64,000 nucleotides of DNA from an uncultured Methanosarcinales archaeon. GTDB lineage: Archaea > Nanobdellota > Nanobdellia > Woesearchaeales > ARS49. Location of the stretch: the NCBI GenBank assembly GCA_964497645.1, contig CAZCCU010000001.1, positions 32,398 to 96,397 of the forward strand, given 5' to 3'. Position numbers and translations under genes: made by a program. Under the pieces are notes generated by a model. It had not been told where the DNA came from and made no database searches. It was given only the letters and a program-made list of their open reading frames with translations. Every line of letters starts with the position of its first letter. Position 1 is the first letter of the stretch. Below, piece after piece: positions 1 to 7,511 of the stretch.

Positions 1-1169
1 TCGGCACAGTCTGGCTGACTTATGAATTAGCATTACGCTGGTTTGAAAACAAGACAGCACTCATCGCCGCTCTTATCGTCGCTCTCAGCCCAATATTTTA
101 TTACCTAAGCTTCCACCAATACAACGAAATACCAAGCACATTCTTTGTGCTCCTAGCAGTCTGGCTCTCGCTCAGGGAGAAATACCTTTTTGCAGGCATT
201 TCAGCAGGACTAGCGTTCCTATCAAAATTCGCACCAGGAATGTTTGCTGGAATCATCATACTCTATCTTGCCATAAACAAGAAATGGAAACCAGCAATAC
301 AAACAGGAGCCGGATTCGCGATAATAACAGCACCATACTTCCTCTACAGCTGGATAGCACACGGAAGCCCTCTCGCAACTTTTTTCGCAGCACAGGAAGC
401 CATTGCTAACGTACTCGGATGCAACGTACTACGATACCAGCCCTGGCACCAATACTTCTCATGGCTAGTCTTCAGCGAAACAAAACTACACCTTCTAGCC
501 ATCATTGGCGTATTTGCTCTTGCCAAAAAATGGAAAAAACACCATCTTCTGTTCGCGCTCAGCGCGGCAATACCATTAATTTATTTCATGCAGCTAAACT
601 GCCGAGACTACCGATACATCACACTCTTCCTGCCATTTATTGCAATGCTCACTGCACTAGGCATTGTCTGGATATATAAGAAATTCAGGATAAAGAAGAA
701 ATGGGTATTTGTCATGCTAACAATTCTCTTATCAGCATTGCTGCTTAACACAACAATCAGATATTACTACGGAAACGAGCTTCAACAGCCAGACATTGTC
801 GCGGAAGAATACTTCCACTACCTATCAGACAAAGACATTGCAGGAGAAATCTGGACAGCAAACCCGATTGTTTCAGCATATACAGACAAGAAATTAGAGA
901 AAATCTATTATCCGGTCTATAACGAAGCAGTGCTGAAAGAATTTACTGATAATATCATACTGCATCATGAAAAAATAGGCGCAGTCTTACTCGACAATTG
1001 CGGAGGAGGACTAATCTGCCCGCCAGAAGAAACAGAATGCCCCGCAAAAACAGAACAAATGATAACCCTGCTTGACCAGAAATTCACACGCGCATTCGAC
1101 AAAGAATCAGGCAGATGCTGGTATAAAATTTGGCTTACTTCTTCAAGCATCGGAAATTTGCAAAAATGA
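1..1169 (+). CDS. Polytopic membrane glycosyltransferase-like protein (GT-C / ArnT-PMT-like), 5' end cut by window edge
   Basis: The frame is open from nt 3 (GTVWLTYELALRWFENK...) into the listed ORF and runs to the stop at 1167-1169. The GTG at 147 is therefore not the true start. There are many hydrophobic helices, then a soluble Cys-containing C-terminal domain. The family call is by general resemblance only. Confidence 0.45.
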   Translation, partial: GTVWLTYELALRWFENKTALIAALIVALSPIFYYLSFHQYNEIPSTFFVLLAVWLSLREKYLFAGISAGLAFLSKFAPGMFAGIIILYLAINKKWKPAIQTGAGFAIITAPYFLYSWIAHGSPLATFFAAQEAIANVLGCNVLRYQPWHQYFSWLVFSETKLHLLAIIGVFALAKKWKKHHLLFALSAAIPLIYFMQLNCRDYRYITLFLPFIAMLTALGIVWIYKKFRIKKKWVFVMLTILLSALLLNTTIRYYYGNELQQPDIVAEEYFHYLSDKDIAGEIWTANPIVSAYTDKKLEKIYYPVYNEAVLKEFTDNIILHHEKIGAVLLDNCGGGLICPPEETECPAKTEQMITLLDQKFTRAFDKESGRCWYKIWLTSSSIGNLQK

Positions 1170-1199
1170 TATTTTGATACTCCAAATTTCCGAGTGCAG

Positions 1200-1652
1200 T
1201 CAAGAACCACGGTTCTTGATGTTAATAATGTCCCCAATCGTCAAAGGACCAGAACTCTTTTTTGCAGCCTCAGGCGTCTCTTCTTCTTCAATCTCAATAA
1301 GCTTAATCCGCAACAACCTCTCCAGTTTTTTTGCCAAGTCGATAGGCGGAACAAACAAACTATTCTCCAACTTATGAATGATGCTCTCCTTCTCGTTAAG
1401 CTTTAATGCAAACTCCTTCTGAGTCATCCCAGACTTCTCTCTTGCCTGACGGATGCGCTGAGCATAATCAGAAACAACAACCTCAGAAGGCTCAGGAGCC
1501 TTTTGGACCGGAGAACTCGTAGCAACACGCATCACAGGCTTCTGAAGCATTTTTCCAAACTTTCCACATGTAACGCACACGTTCAACTCAGAGCCTTCTA
1601 CAATGGCACGAAACAATGGAGCTTCCTTCCCACACAACTCACACACTGTCAT
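1200..1652 (-). CDS. mbf1: Multiprotein bridging factor 1 (MBF1) homolog: N-terminal zinc ribbon plus C-terminal XRE-type HTH
   Basis: MTVCELCG...CVTCG zinc ribbon followed by SGMTQKEFALKLNEKESIIHKLE helix-turn-helix. This is the typical archaeal MBF1 architecture. I prefer the ATG at 1652 (M8 of the listed ORF) because a TATA-like box lies 22 nt upstream of it. Confidence 0.8.
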   Translation of the reverse strand: MTVCELCGKEAPLFRAIVEGSELNVCVTCGKFGKMLQKPVMRVATSSPVQKAPEPSEVVVSDYAQRIRQAREKSGMTQKEFALKLNEKESIIHKLENSLFVPPIDLAKKLERLLRIKLIEIEEEETPEAAKKSSGPLTIGDIINIKNRGS

Positions 1653-1674
1653 ACCAATTAAACCAGCCGGCACA

Positions 1675-1683
1675 CTATAAAAA
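1675..1683 (-). promoter_or_regulatory. TATA-like box for mbf1 (leaderless geometry)
   Basis: The minus strand reads TTTTTATAG, 22 nt upstream of the ATG at 1652. Confidence 0.45.
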
Positions 1684-1736
1684 CATTTTGATGACCACTC
1701 TTAAATAGTGGCGTTTGTTTTTAAAAACCCTCATGT

Positions 1737-2837
1737 TTGAAACAGAACATGGACGACGCCTTAGAAGAACATATACGTATCAGTGCAGAAAAAGGCCTCT
1801 CGCGAGCTGAAATCAAAGCACTCCTTCTCAAAGCAGGCTGGCCAGAAACACAAGTCAACACATATATAGAAAAAAACTTCAAAAAACTAGAAAAAGGCAT
1901 CATCCTCCGAGCGCACGGCCTATCAAAGAGCTTTGACGAACACCAAATCCTTTCAAACGTAGACTTTGATATCACAAGCGGAGAAATCTTCGGAATAATA
2001 GGCATGAGCGGAGCAGGAAAAACAACCCTTCTCAATCTGCTAGTCGGCTTCCTCAAACCAGACCAGGGAGACGTCGTCATAGCACTCCCAGACGGCACCA
2101 CCCAAAGCGTTTTCAAAAACCCACAGCTAATACGCCAACACCTAGGCTTCTCAACACAAACACCAAGCTTTTACGCGAAACTCACAGTACGAGAGAACCT
2201 AGAACACTTCGCACACCTCTACCACCTAACAGATCCGGATTTAACCAGACGCTGCGGAGCGCTGATGGAACTTGTAGGCCTTAAAGACGCCAAAGACGTG
2301 ATCGCATCACACCTATCGGGAGGCATGCAGAAAAGACTAGACATCGCCTGCGCACTCCTCAACGACCCAAGCATCCTAGTGCTGGATGAGCCAACAGCAG
2401 ACTTAGACCCAATACTTCGCAAACAATTCTGGGACCTGATAAGACAAATCAACCAAAAAGGAACCACCATACTGCTCGCATCACACTTCCTAGCAGAAAT
2501 AGAACTGCTATGCAACAGAATCGCCATCCTCCAAAACAAAACATTCGTCGAACTAGGCACAGCAGAAGAATTAAGAAACATCTACTCCAAAAACTACGAA
2601 ATCTACCTCACCACCAAATCGCAGAATTACACCAAAATACTGGCAGAACTCGAAAAACAAAAACGCCATTTCATAAAAGCAACACAACAAGCAGGAGAAC
2701 TCGTCATAGAAACACCAGTTCCAGAAAAAGTACTCCCAATACTAGCTTCTTATCTTGAAAAACAGCAAGATGTCCAAAGCCTGCACGTAGAACGACCAAC
2801 ACTCGGGAAAGTCTTTGAATCAGTGGTGCGGCGATGA
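1737..2837 (+). CDS. ABC transporter ATP-binding protein with a ~50 aa N-terminal helical extension
   Basis: Walker A GMSGAGKT, signature LSGGMQKR, Walker B ILVLDEPT. The start is either TTG 1737 or, more likely, ATG 1749 (MDDALEEH). TTAAATA at 1701-1707 is a candidate TATA box. Confidence 0.9.
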   Translation: MKQNMDDALEEHIRISAEKGLSRAEIKALLLKAGWPETQVNTYIEKNFKKLEKGIILRAHGLSKSFDEHQILSNVDFDITSGEIFGIIGMSGAGKTTLLNLLVGFLKPDQGDVVIALPDGTTQSVFKNPQLIRQHLGFSTQTPSFYAKLTVRENLEHFAHLYHLTDPDLTRRCGALMELVGLKDAKDVIASHLSGGMQKRLDIACALLNDPSILVLDEPTADLDPILRKQFWDLIRQINQKGTTILLASHFLAEIELLCNRIAILQNKTFVELGTAEELRNIYSKNYEIYLTTKSQNYTKILAELEKQKRHFIKATQQAGELVIETPVPEKVLPILASYLEKQQDVQSLHVERPTLGKVFESVVRR

Positions 2838-4624
2838 ATCCTGCAGACGTATTCGAACTGGTAAGGAAAAATCTCAAAAACCTTATCAGAGCCAAAGCAG
2901 GAAGCCTTGTCGTAATCCTCGGGCCGTTAATCGTAATATTCCTTGCCGGACTCGCATTTGACAACAGCAACGCCTATGCTGTAAAAATCGGAACTTATAC
3001 ACCGGCTCCAACAAACATAACAGTAACGTTCCTAGACCAGCTCAGAACACAATTCAAAGTAAGCGAGTACAAAACAGAAGACGCGTGCATAAACGCAATC
3101 AAAAACACAGACATCAATACCTGCATGGTCTTCTCACCAGACTTCACAATCGGCAAGCCGGCACAAAACCAAATCACCTTCTATGTAGACTACTCGCGAA
3201 TAAATCTGGTATGGAGCATCATGCAAGTCATGACTAAAAAAGTCAGCGAAAAAACACTCCAAGCAAGCCAAAGCCTCACAAAACAACTGTTAGACACGCT
3301 TGAATTCACTCAGAATAAAATCAAAGACGAGCGCGAAGTCATTGTACGGCTGGCAACTGAAAACGAACTTATCAACAGAAACGTCCAGGACCTGGCAGCA
3401 GAACTCGGCGATATAGACCTGACTTTCAATGAGGGAGAATTTCCCACACAAAGCCTAAACAGCTCCAAAACACAAGTCAAACAATGGATGGACTCAACAT
3501 TATCTATAAGCGAAAAAGGGCTCAGCAAGGCAACAAGCTTCATCGACGCAGCAGACGCACTCGTAAAAGGCTCATCAGCAGGACAACAGGTAAAAGACCA
3601 GCTGCTCGCAAACTTCCAAAAAAACGTCGACGACATCAAAAAACTAAAATCAGATATGGCTGAAACAAAAAGTCTCACACAAGCGGCATTCACCAACTTC
3701 GACAAACAAATGAGCAATTTAACAGAAGCAATCACCAGAACAAAAAGCCGCCTCAATCAGGCAGACACGAGCAGGCAACTCGGATTAAGAGTGCTGCAAG
3801 CAATAACCAGCCTGCTCGACAAGAGCCTTATCAGCATCAGCGATGTACAACAAGCACTCAACGACATTGACAATAGAATCAGCGCCATAGAAATCAAAGA
3901 CCCAGAATCCATCACACAGCCAATAGTAACGTCCATCAAACCAATAGTACAAGAAAAAACCTACCTCAACTACCTATTCCCAATACTCAGCATACTCATC
4001 ATAATGTTCACAGCACTGCTCATAACGCCAACTTTGATTCTTCTTGACAAAAACAGTCCTGCAAGCTTCAGAACATACATGACTCCAGTCACGGACACAA
4101 GTTACATCCTGGCCAACTTCATAACAGCCTCGATACTTCTCTTCCTGCAAACAATCATAGTGCTTTCCATAGCAAGCGTATTCTTCACAGGACAAATAAT
4201 TGCCAACATACCAGAAGCACTTCTGCTGTTGGTCATAATCAACTCAGTCTTCATCCTTATAGGCATGATAATAGGTTACGCGTTCAACAGCGAAGAAGCA
4301 GCCACCCTTGGAGCAGTAAGCCTCGGAGCAATCTTCCTATTCCTCAGCGACGTCATCATTCCATTAGAAAGCATGCCTGAATCATTTGCATACATCGCAA
4401 GCTTCAATCCTTATGTTCTAAGCAGCCAATTATTGAGAAGAGCGCTAATCTTCGACCAAACACTCCTCAGCATGTTCCAAGACATACTGCTCATGCTGGG
4501 CTACGTAGCAGCCCTAGCACTGCTCGCAACCGGAGTTTACATGCTCACCAGACGATATTCAATGCAGCAACTCATGCAAGCAATTGCGCCGGTATTTGCA
4601 CGAGTAAGATTCAAGAAAAGATAA
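2834..4624 (+). CDS. ABC-2 type permease with a large coiled-coil extracytoplasmic loop (YhgE/Pip-like architecture)
   Basis: ATGA start/stop overlap with the ATPase gene. One N-terminal TM helix, a ~330 aa polar coiled-coil region, then about five C-terminal TM helices. Confidence 0.7.
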   Translation: MNPADVFELVRKNLKNLIRAKAGSLVVILGPLIVIFLAGLAFDNSNAYAVKIGTYTPAPTNITVTFLDQLRTQFKVSEYKTEDACINAIKNTDINTCMVFSPDFTIGKPAQNQITFYVDYSRINLVWSIMQVMTKKVSEKTLQASQSLTKQLLDTLEFTQNKIKDEREVIVRLATENELINRNVQDLAAELGDIDLTFNEGEFPTQSLNSSKTQVKQWMDSTLSISEKGLSKATSFIDAADALVKGSSAGQQVKDQLLANFQKNVDDIKKLKSDMAETKSLTQAAFTNFDKQMSNLTEAITRTKSRLNQADTSRQLGLRVLQAITSLLDKSLISISDVQQALNDIDNRISAIEIKDPESITQPIVTSIKPIVQEKTYLNYLFPILSILIIMFTALLITPTLILLDKNSPASFRTYMTPVTDTSYILANFITASILLFLQTIIVLSIASVFFTGQIIANIPEALLLLVIINSVFILIGMIIGYAFNSEEAATLGAVSLGAIFLFLSDVIIPLESMPESFAYIASFNPYVLSSQLLRRALIFDQTLLSMFQDILLMLGYVAALALLATGVYMLTRRYSMQQLMQAIAPVFARVRFKKR

Positions 4625-4637
4625 CAGTCGTCCAAAA

Positions 4638-4670
4638 AGGCTGCCTTGGCCCTTCGGGGCCGGGCAGTCT
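4638..4670 (+). terminator. GC-rich hairpin with UUCG loop between the ABC operon and cysS (terminator or RNA stability element)
   Basis: AGGCTGCC-TT-GGCCC-TTCG-GGGCC-G-GGCAGTCT: an 8-bp outer stem (one G:U) plus a 5-bp inner stem capped by a TTCG tetraloop. No T-run follows, so a terminator role is uncertain. Confidence 0.35.
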
Positions 4671-4684
4671 TCCTTCTCGAAAGC

Positions 4685-4692
4685 TATTTAAA
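4685..4692 (+). promoter_or_regulatory. TATA-like box for cysS
   Basis: TATTTAAA, 22 nt upstream of the ATG at 4715. Confidence 0.5.
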
Positions 4693-4714
4693 CCATCATA
4701 TAGCACGAAATCCT

Positions 4715-6154
4715 ATGAAGTTCCACAATACACTGACGAGAAAGAAAGAAGAATTCAATCCAGTCATAAAAGGACTCGTCAGAATGTACACCTGCGGGCC
4801 AACAGTGTACAATTACATTCATATTGGTAACTTGCGCACTTTTCTGTTTGAAGATTTGCTCAGACGCTGGATAAAATACCGTGGCTACACTGTCAAACAA
4901 GTCATGAACCTTACCGATGTAGATGACAAAATCATCCGCGATTCACAAAAAGAAGGCATCTCACTCAAAGAATTCACCGAAAAATACGCCAAAGCATTCT
5001 TTGACGACATCAAAACGCTCAACATCGAGCCGGTGGAAGTATATCCAAACGCAACTGACTATATTCCTGAAATGGTTGCTATGATACAATGCCTGCTTCA
5101 GAAAGGAATCGCTTACAAAACAGACGACGGCATATATTTCTCTATTTCAAAATTCAAAAATTACGGACAGCTGGCAAATATTGACGTCACCAAACTTGAA
5201 GCAGGTGCTTCCGGCAGAGTCAAAGCAGACGAATACGAGAAAGAAAATGTTGCAGATTTTGCGCTCTGGAAATATTGGGACGAAAAAGACGGCAAAGTCT
5301 TCTGGGAAACAGAAATCGGAAAAGGAAGGCCAGGCTGGCATATCGAATGCTCGGCAATGAGCGCAAAAAATCTTACCGAAGCATTTTCGAACAGCACATT
5401 CAATCCAGAAAAATTCGCAACCATTGATATCCACACTGGCGGCGTCGACAACATATTTCCACATCATGTAGATGAAATAGCCCAGACAGAAGGATGCATT
5501 GGCAAGAAATTCGCCAACTACTGGCTACACTCAGAATTCTTGCTTGTGGACGGCAAAAAAATGTCAAAATCGCTTGGCAACTTCTACACCCTCCGCGACC
5601 TGTTGGCAAAAGGATACAACCCAATAGCTGTCAGATACCTATTATTATCAACCCACTATAGGCAAAAGATGAATTTCACATTTGAAGCACTCGAAGGAGC
5701 AACAGTCGCAATACAAAGGTTGAACGATTTCATGCTCAAACTCAAAGAAGCACACGGCAGCACGAACAAAGCAGAAATACATGACGCCATACAAAAAGCG
5801 AAATTGCAATTCGAACAATCACTCGACGAAGACCTGGAAATAAGCCCTGCGTTGGCAGCAATATTCGAACTCATGAACACCATCAACAAACACTTCGACA
5901 GCCACTCGCTCAGCAAACAAGACGCAGAAGCAGTCATACAGTTTATGGAAAACGTAAACAAAGTGCTTGGAGTATTCATCAAAGAAGAAAAACTCGCACC
6001 AGAACTCCAAAAACTAGTCGACGAACGGGAAAAAGCGCGACAAATCAAAAATTGGGCGCGAACAGACGAATTACGAGACGAACTCAAAAAACACGGAATA
6101 GCAGTAGAGGACACACCACATGGCCAGCGCTGGAAAAGAATTCTTTCTCAATAG
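4715..6154 (+). CDS. cysS: Cysteinyl-tRNA synthetase
   Basis: MYTCGPTVYNYIHIGNLRTF (HIGH-type motif), KMSKSLGN, and overall class I CysRS layout. The ATG at 4715 (MKFHNTL...) is preferred over the listed TTG at 4646, which sits inside the upstream hairpin. Confidence 0.93.
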   Translation: MKFHNTLTRKKEEFNPVIKGLVRMYTCGPTVYNYIHIGNLRTFLFEDLLRRWIKYRGYTVKQVMNLTDVDDKIIRDSQKEGISLKEFTEKYAKAFFDDIKTLNIEPVEVYPNATDYIPEMVAMIQCLLQKGIAYKTDDGIYFSISKFKNYGQLANIDVTKLEAGASGRVKADEYEKENVADFALWKYWDEKDGKVFWETEIGKGRPGWHIECSAMSAKNLTEAFSNSTFNPEKFATIDIHTGGVDNIFPHHVDEIAQTEGCIGKKFANYWLHSEFLLVDGKKMSKSLGNFYTLRDLLAKGYNPIAVRYLLLSTHYRQKMNFTFEALEGATVAIQRLNDFMLKLKEAHGSTNKAEIHDAIQKAKLQFEQSLDEDLEISPALAAIFELMNTINKHFDSHSLSKQDAEAVIQFMENVNKVLGVFIKEEKLAPELQKLVDEREKARQIKNWARTDELRDELKKHGIAVEDTPHGQRWKRILSQ

Positions 6155-7010
6155 ATATGAAAAGTTAGGCGGTGAAATCGCCGACATAAAAACACTTCCG
6201 ACACTGCGCGTTAATACATTAAAAACAACAGCAAAAGAACTCATCGCACGACTTGAAAAACTGGGAGTAAAACTGGAAAAAATACCATTCACAAAAAACG
6301 GCTACACAGTACAAAGCAAATTCTCACTCGGCGCAATAACAGAGCATCTACTTGGCTACTATTATTTACAGGAAGCAGCATCACAGCTGCCAGTAGAAGT
6401 TTTAGACCCAAAACCAACAGACATTGTACTGGATGCGTGCGCAGCGCCAGGAGGAAAAACAACACAACTCGCTGCATACATGCAAAATCAAGGAACCATT
6501 GTCGCGTACGATCTCAAACCGCACAGAATACCAAGTCTGCTAATGAATTTAGAACGCTGCGGCATCAAAAATACGACAGTGTTTGAAGGAAATGCCGTAA
6601 TGGCAGGCAGACTAGGCCTACAATTTGACAAAATACTACTCGACGCGCCGTGCGCAGGAAACTATCTCACAGAAGCCGGTTGGTTTGAAAAAAGAACACT
6701 CGAAGGCATACAAATCAGCAGCAACATACAAAGAAGACTGCTGCACGACTGCGTGAACATGCTAAAACAAGGCGGACAACTCGTGTACAGCACCTGCTCA
6801 CTCGAACCAGAAGAAAACGAACTAAACATACAATGGGCACTTGACAATCTGCCAGTCCGCCTAGAAAAAGTCAACCTTTCTATTGGAGACCCAGGACTCA
6901 CTGATATCTTCGGAAAAAAACTACACCCAGACATCGCACTCTGCAAACGCTTCTGGCCACACAAAACAAAAACAGAAGGATTCTTCATCGCAAAAATGGT
7001 GAGAATATGA
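6120..7010 (+). CDS. NOL1/NOP2/Sun-family RNA cytosine-C5 methyltransferase
   Basis: SAM-binding DACAAPGGKT and the catalytic Cys motifs DAPCAGN and YSTCSL. The start overlaps the cysS 3' end by 35 nt, and there is no alternative in-frame ATG. Confidence 0.85.
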   Translation: MASAGKEFFLNRYEKLGGEIADIKTLPTLRVNTLKTTAKELIARLEKLGVKLEKIPFTKNGYTVQSKFSLGAITEHLLGYYYLQEAASQLPVEVLDPKPTDIVLDACAAPGGKTTQLAAYMQNQGTIVAYDLKPHRIPSLLMNLERCGIKNTTVFEGNAVMAGRLGLQFDKILLDAPCAGNYLTEAGWFEKRTLEGIQISSNIQRRLLHDCVNMLKQGGQLVYSTCSLEPEENELNIQWALDNLPVRLEKVNLSIGDPGLTDIFGKKLHPDIALCKRFWPHKTKTEGFFIAKMVRI

Positions 7011-7480
7011 ATGCCAAAACAATGAACCTCGACGAATTCCTCAAACCATTCGGCATCAAGAAAAAAATAGACGCGCAAATAGTCAGCAGATCATACTTTA
7101 TCGTCAAAGACAAGAATTTTCTAGGCAAAAATCCTGCCTATTCAGGAGAGTGCATCGCGCATATTCGCGGACCAGTACTTATTCCTTCCATTGATTTCCT
7201 GCAACAAATAGGCAAAGAAGCAAGAAAACACGTAATCATCAACCCAAAAGCAGAATGGCTATTCATCTGCGGAAGAGACATATTCGCAAAAGGCATTACT
7301 TTGCACAACAATCCAGAGGTTGGCGACAGAGTGGTTATTCTGAACCAGCACAAAGAATGCCTAGGCTACGGAGACATGACAGCCCCCTTAACAGACACAA
7401 GAGTCGTCATCAAAAGACTATTTGACATCGGAGACCTGCTCAGAAGAGAAAGAAAGAGCAGGAAGGTCAGACAGCAATAG
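7007..7480 (+). CDS. Nip7-like PUA-domain protein (ribosome biogenesis factor homolog)
   Basis: ATGA overlap with the methyltransferase gene. The C-terminal part (GDRVVILNQHKECLGYG...DIGDLLRRE) looks like a Nip7/UPF0113 PUA domain. Called from memory of the family pattern. Confidence 0.6.
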   Translation: MNAKTMNLDEFLKPFGIKKKIDAQIVSRSYFIVKDKNFLGKNPAYSGECIAHIRGPVLIPSIDFLQQIGKEARKHVIINPKAEWLFICGRDIFAKGITLHNNPEVGDRVVILNQHKECLGYGDMTAPLTDTRVVIKRLFDIGDLLRRERKSRKVRQQ

Positions 7481-7481
7481 C

Positions 7482-7489
7482 TTTTTAAA
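7482..7489 (+). promoter_or_regulatory. TATA-like box for valS
   Basis: TTTTTAAA, 22 nt upstream of the ATG at 7512. Confidence 0.5.
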
Positions 7490-7511
7490 CCTATTCTCAA
7501 GACGATAAACT

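Noticed and set aside
147-1169. GTG at 147 as the start of the first gene
   Set aside because: The same frame is open back to nt 3 and encodes hydrophobic, membrane-protein-like sequence. The gene is therefore truncated by the window edge.
4646-4714. Listed upstream start (4646) for cysS
   Set aside because: The extension (MALRGRAVFLLESYLNHHIARNP) is not CysRS-like. It begins inside the GC hairpin and spans the TATA-like box. ATG 4715 gives a canonical CysRS N-terminus.
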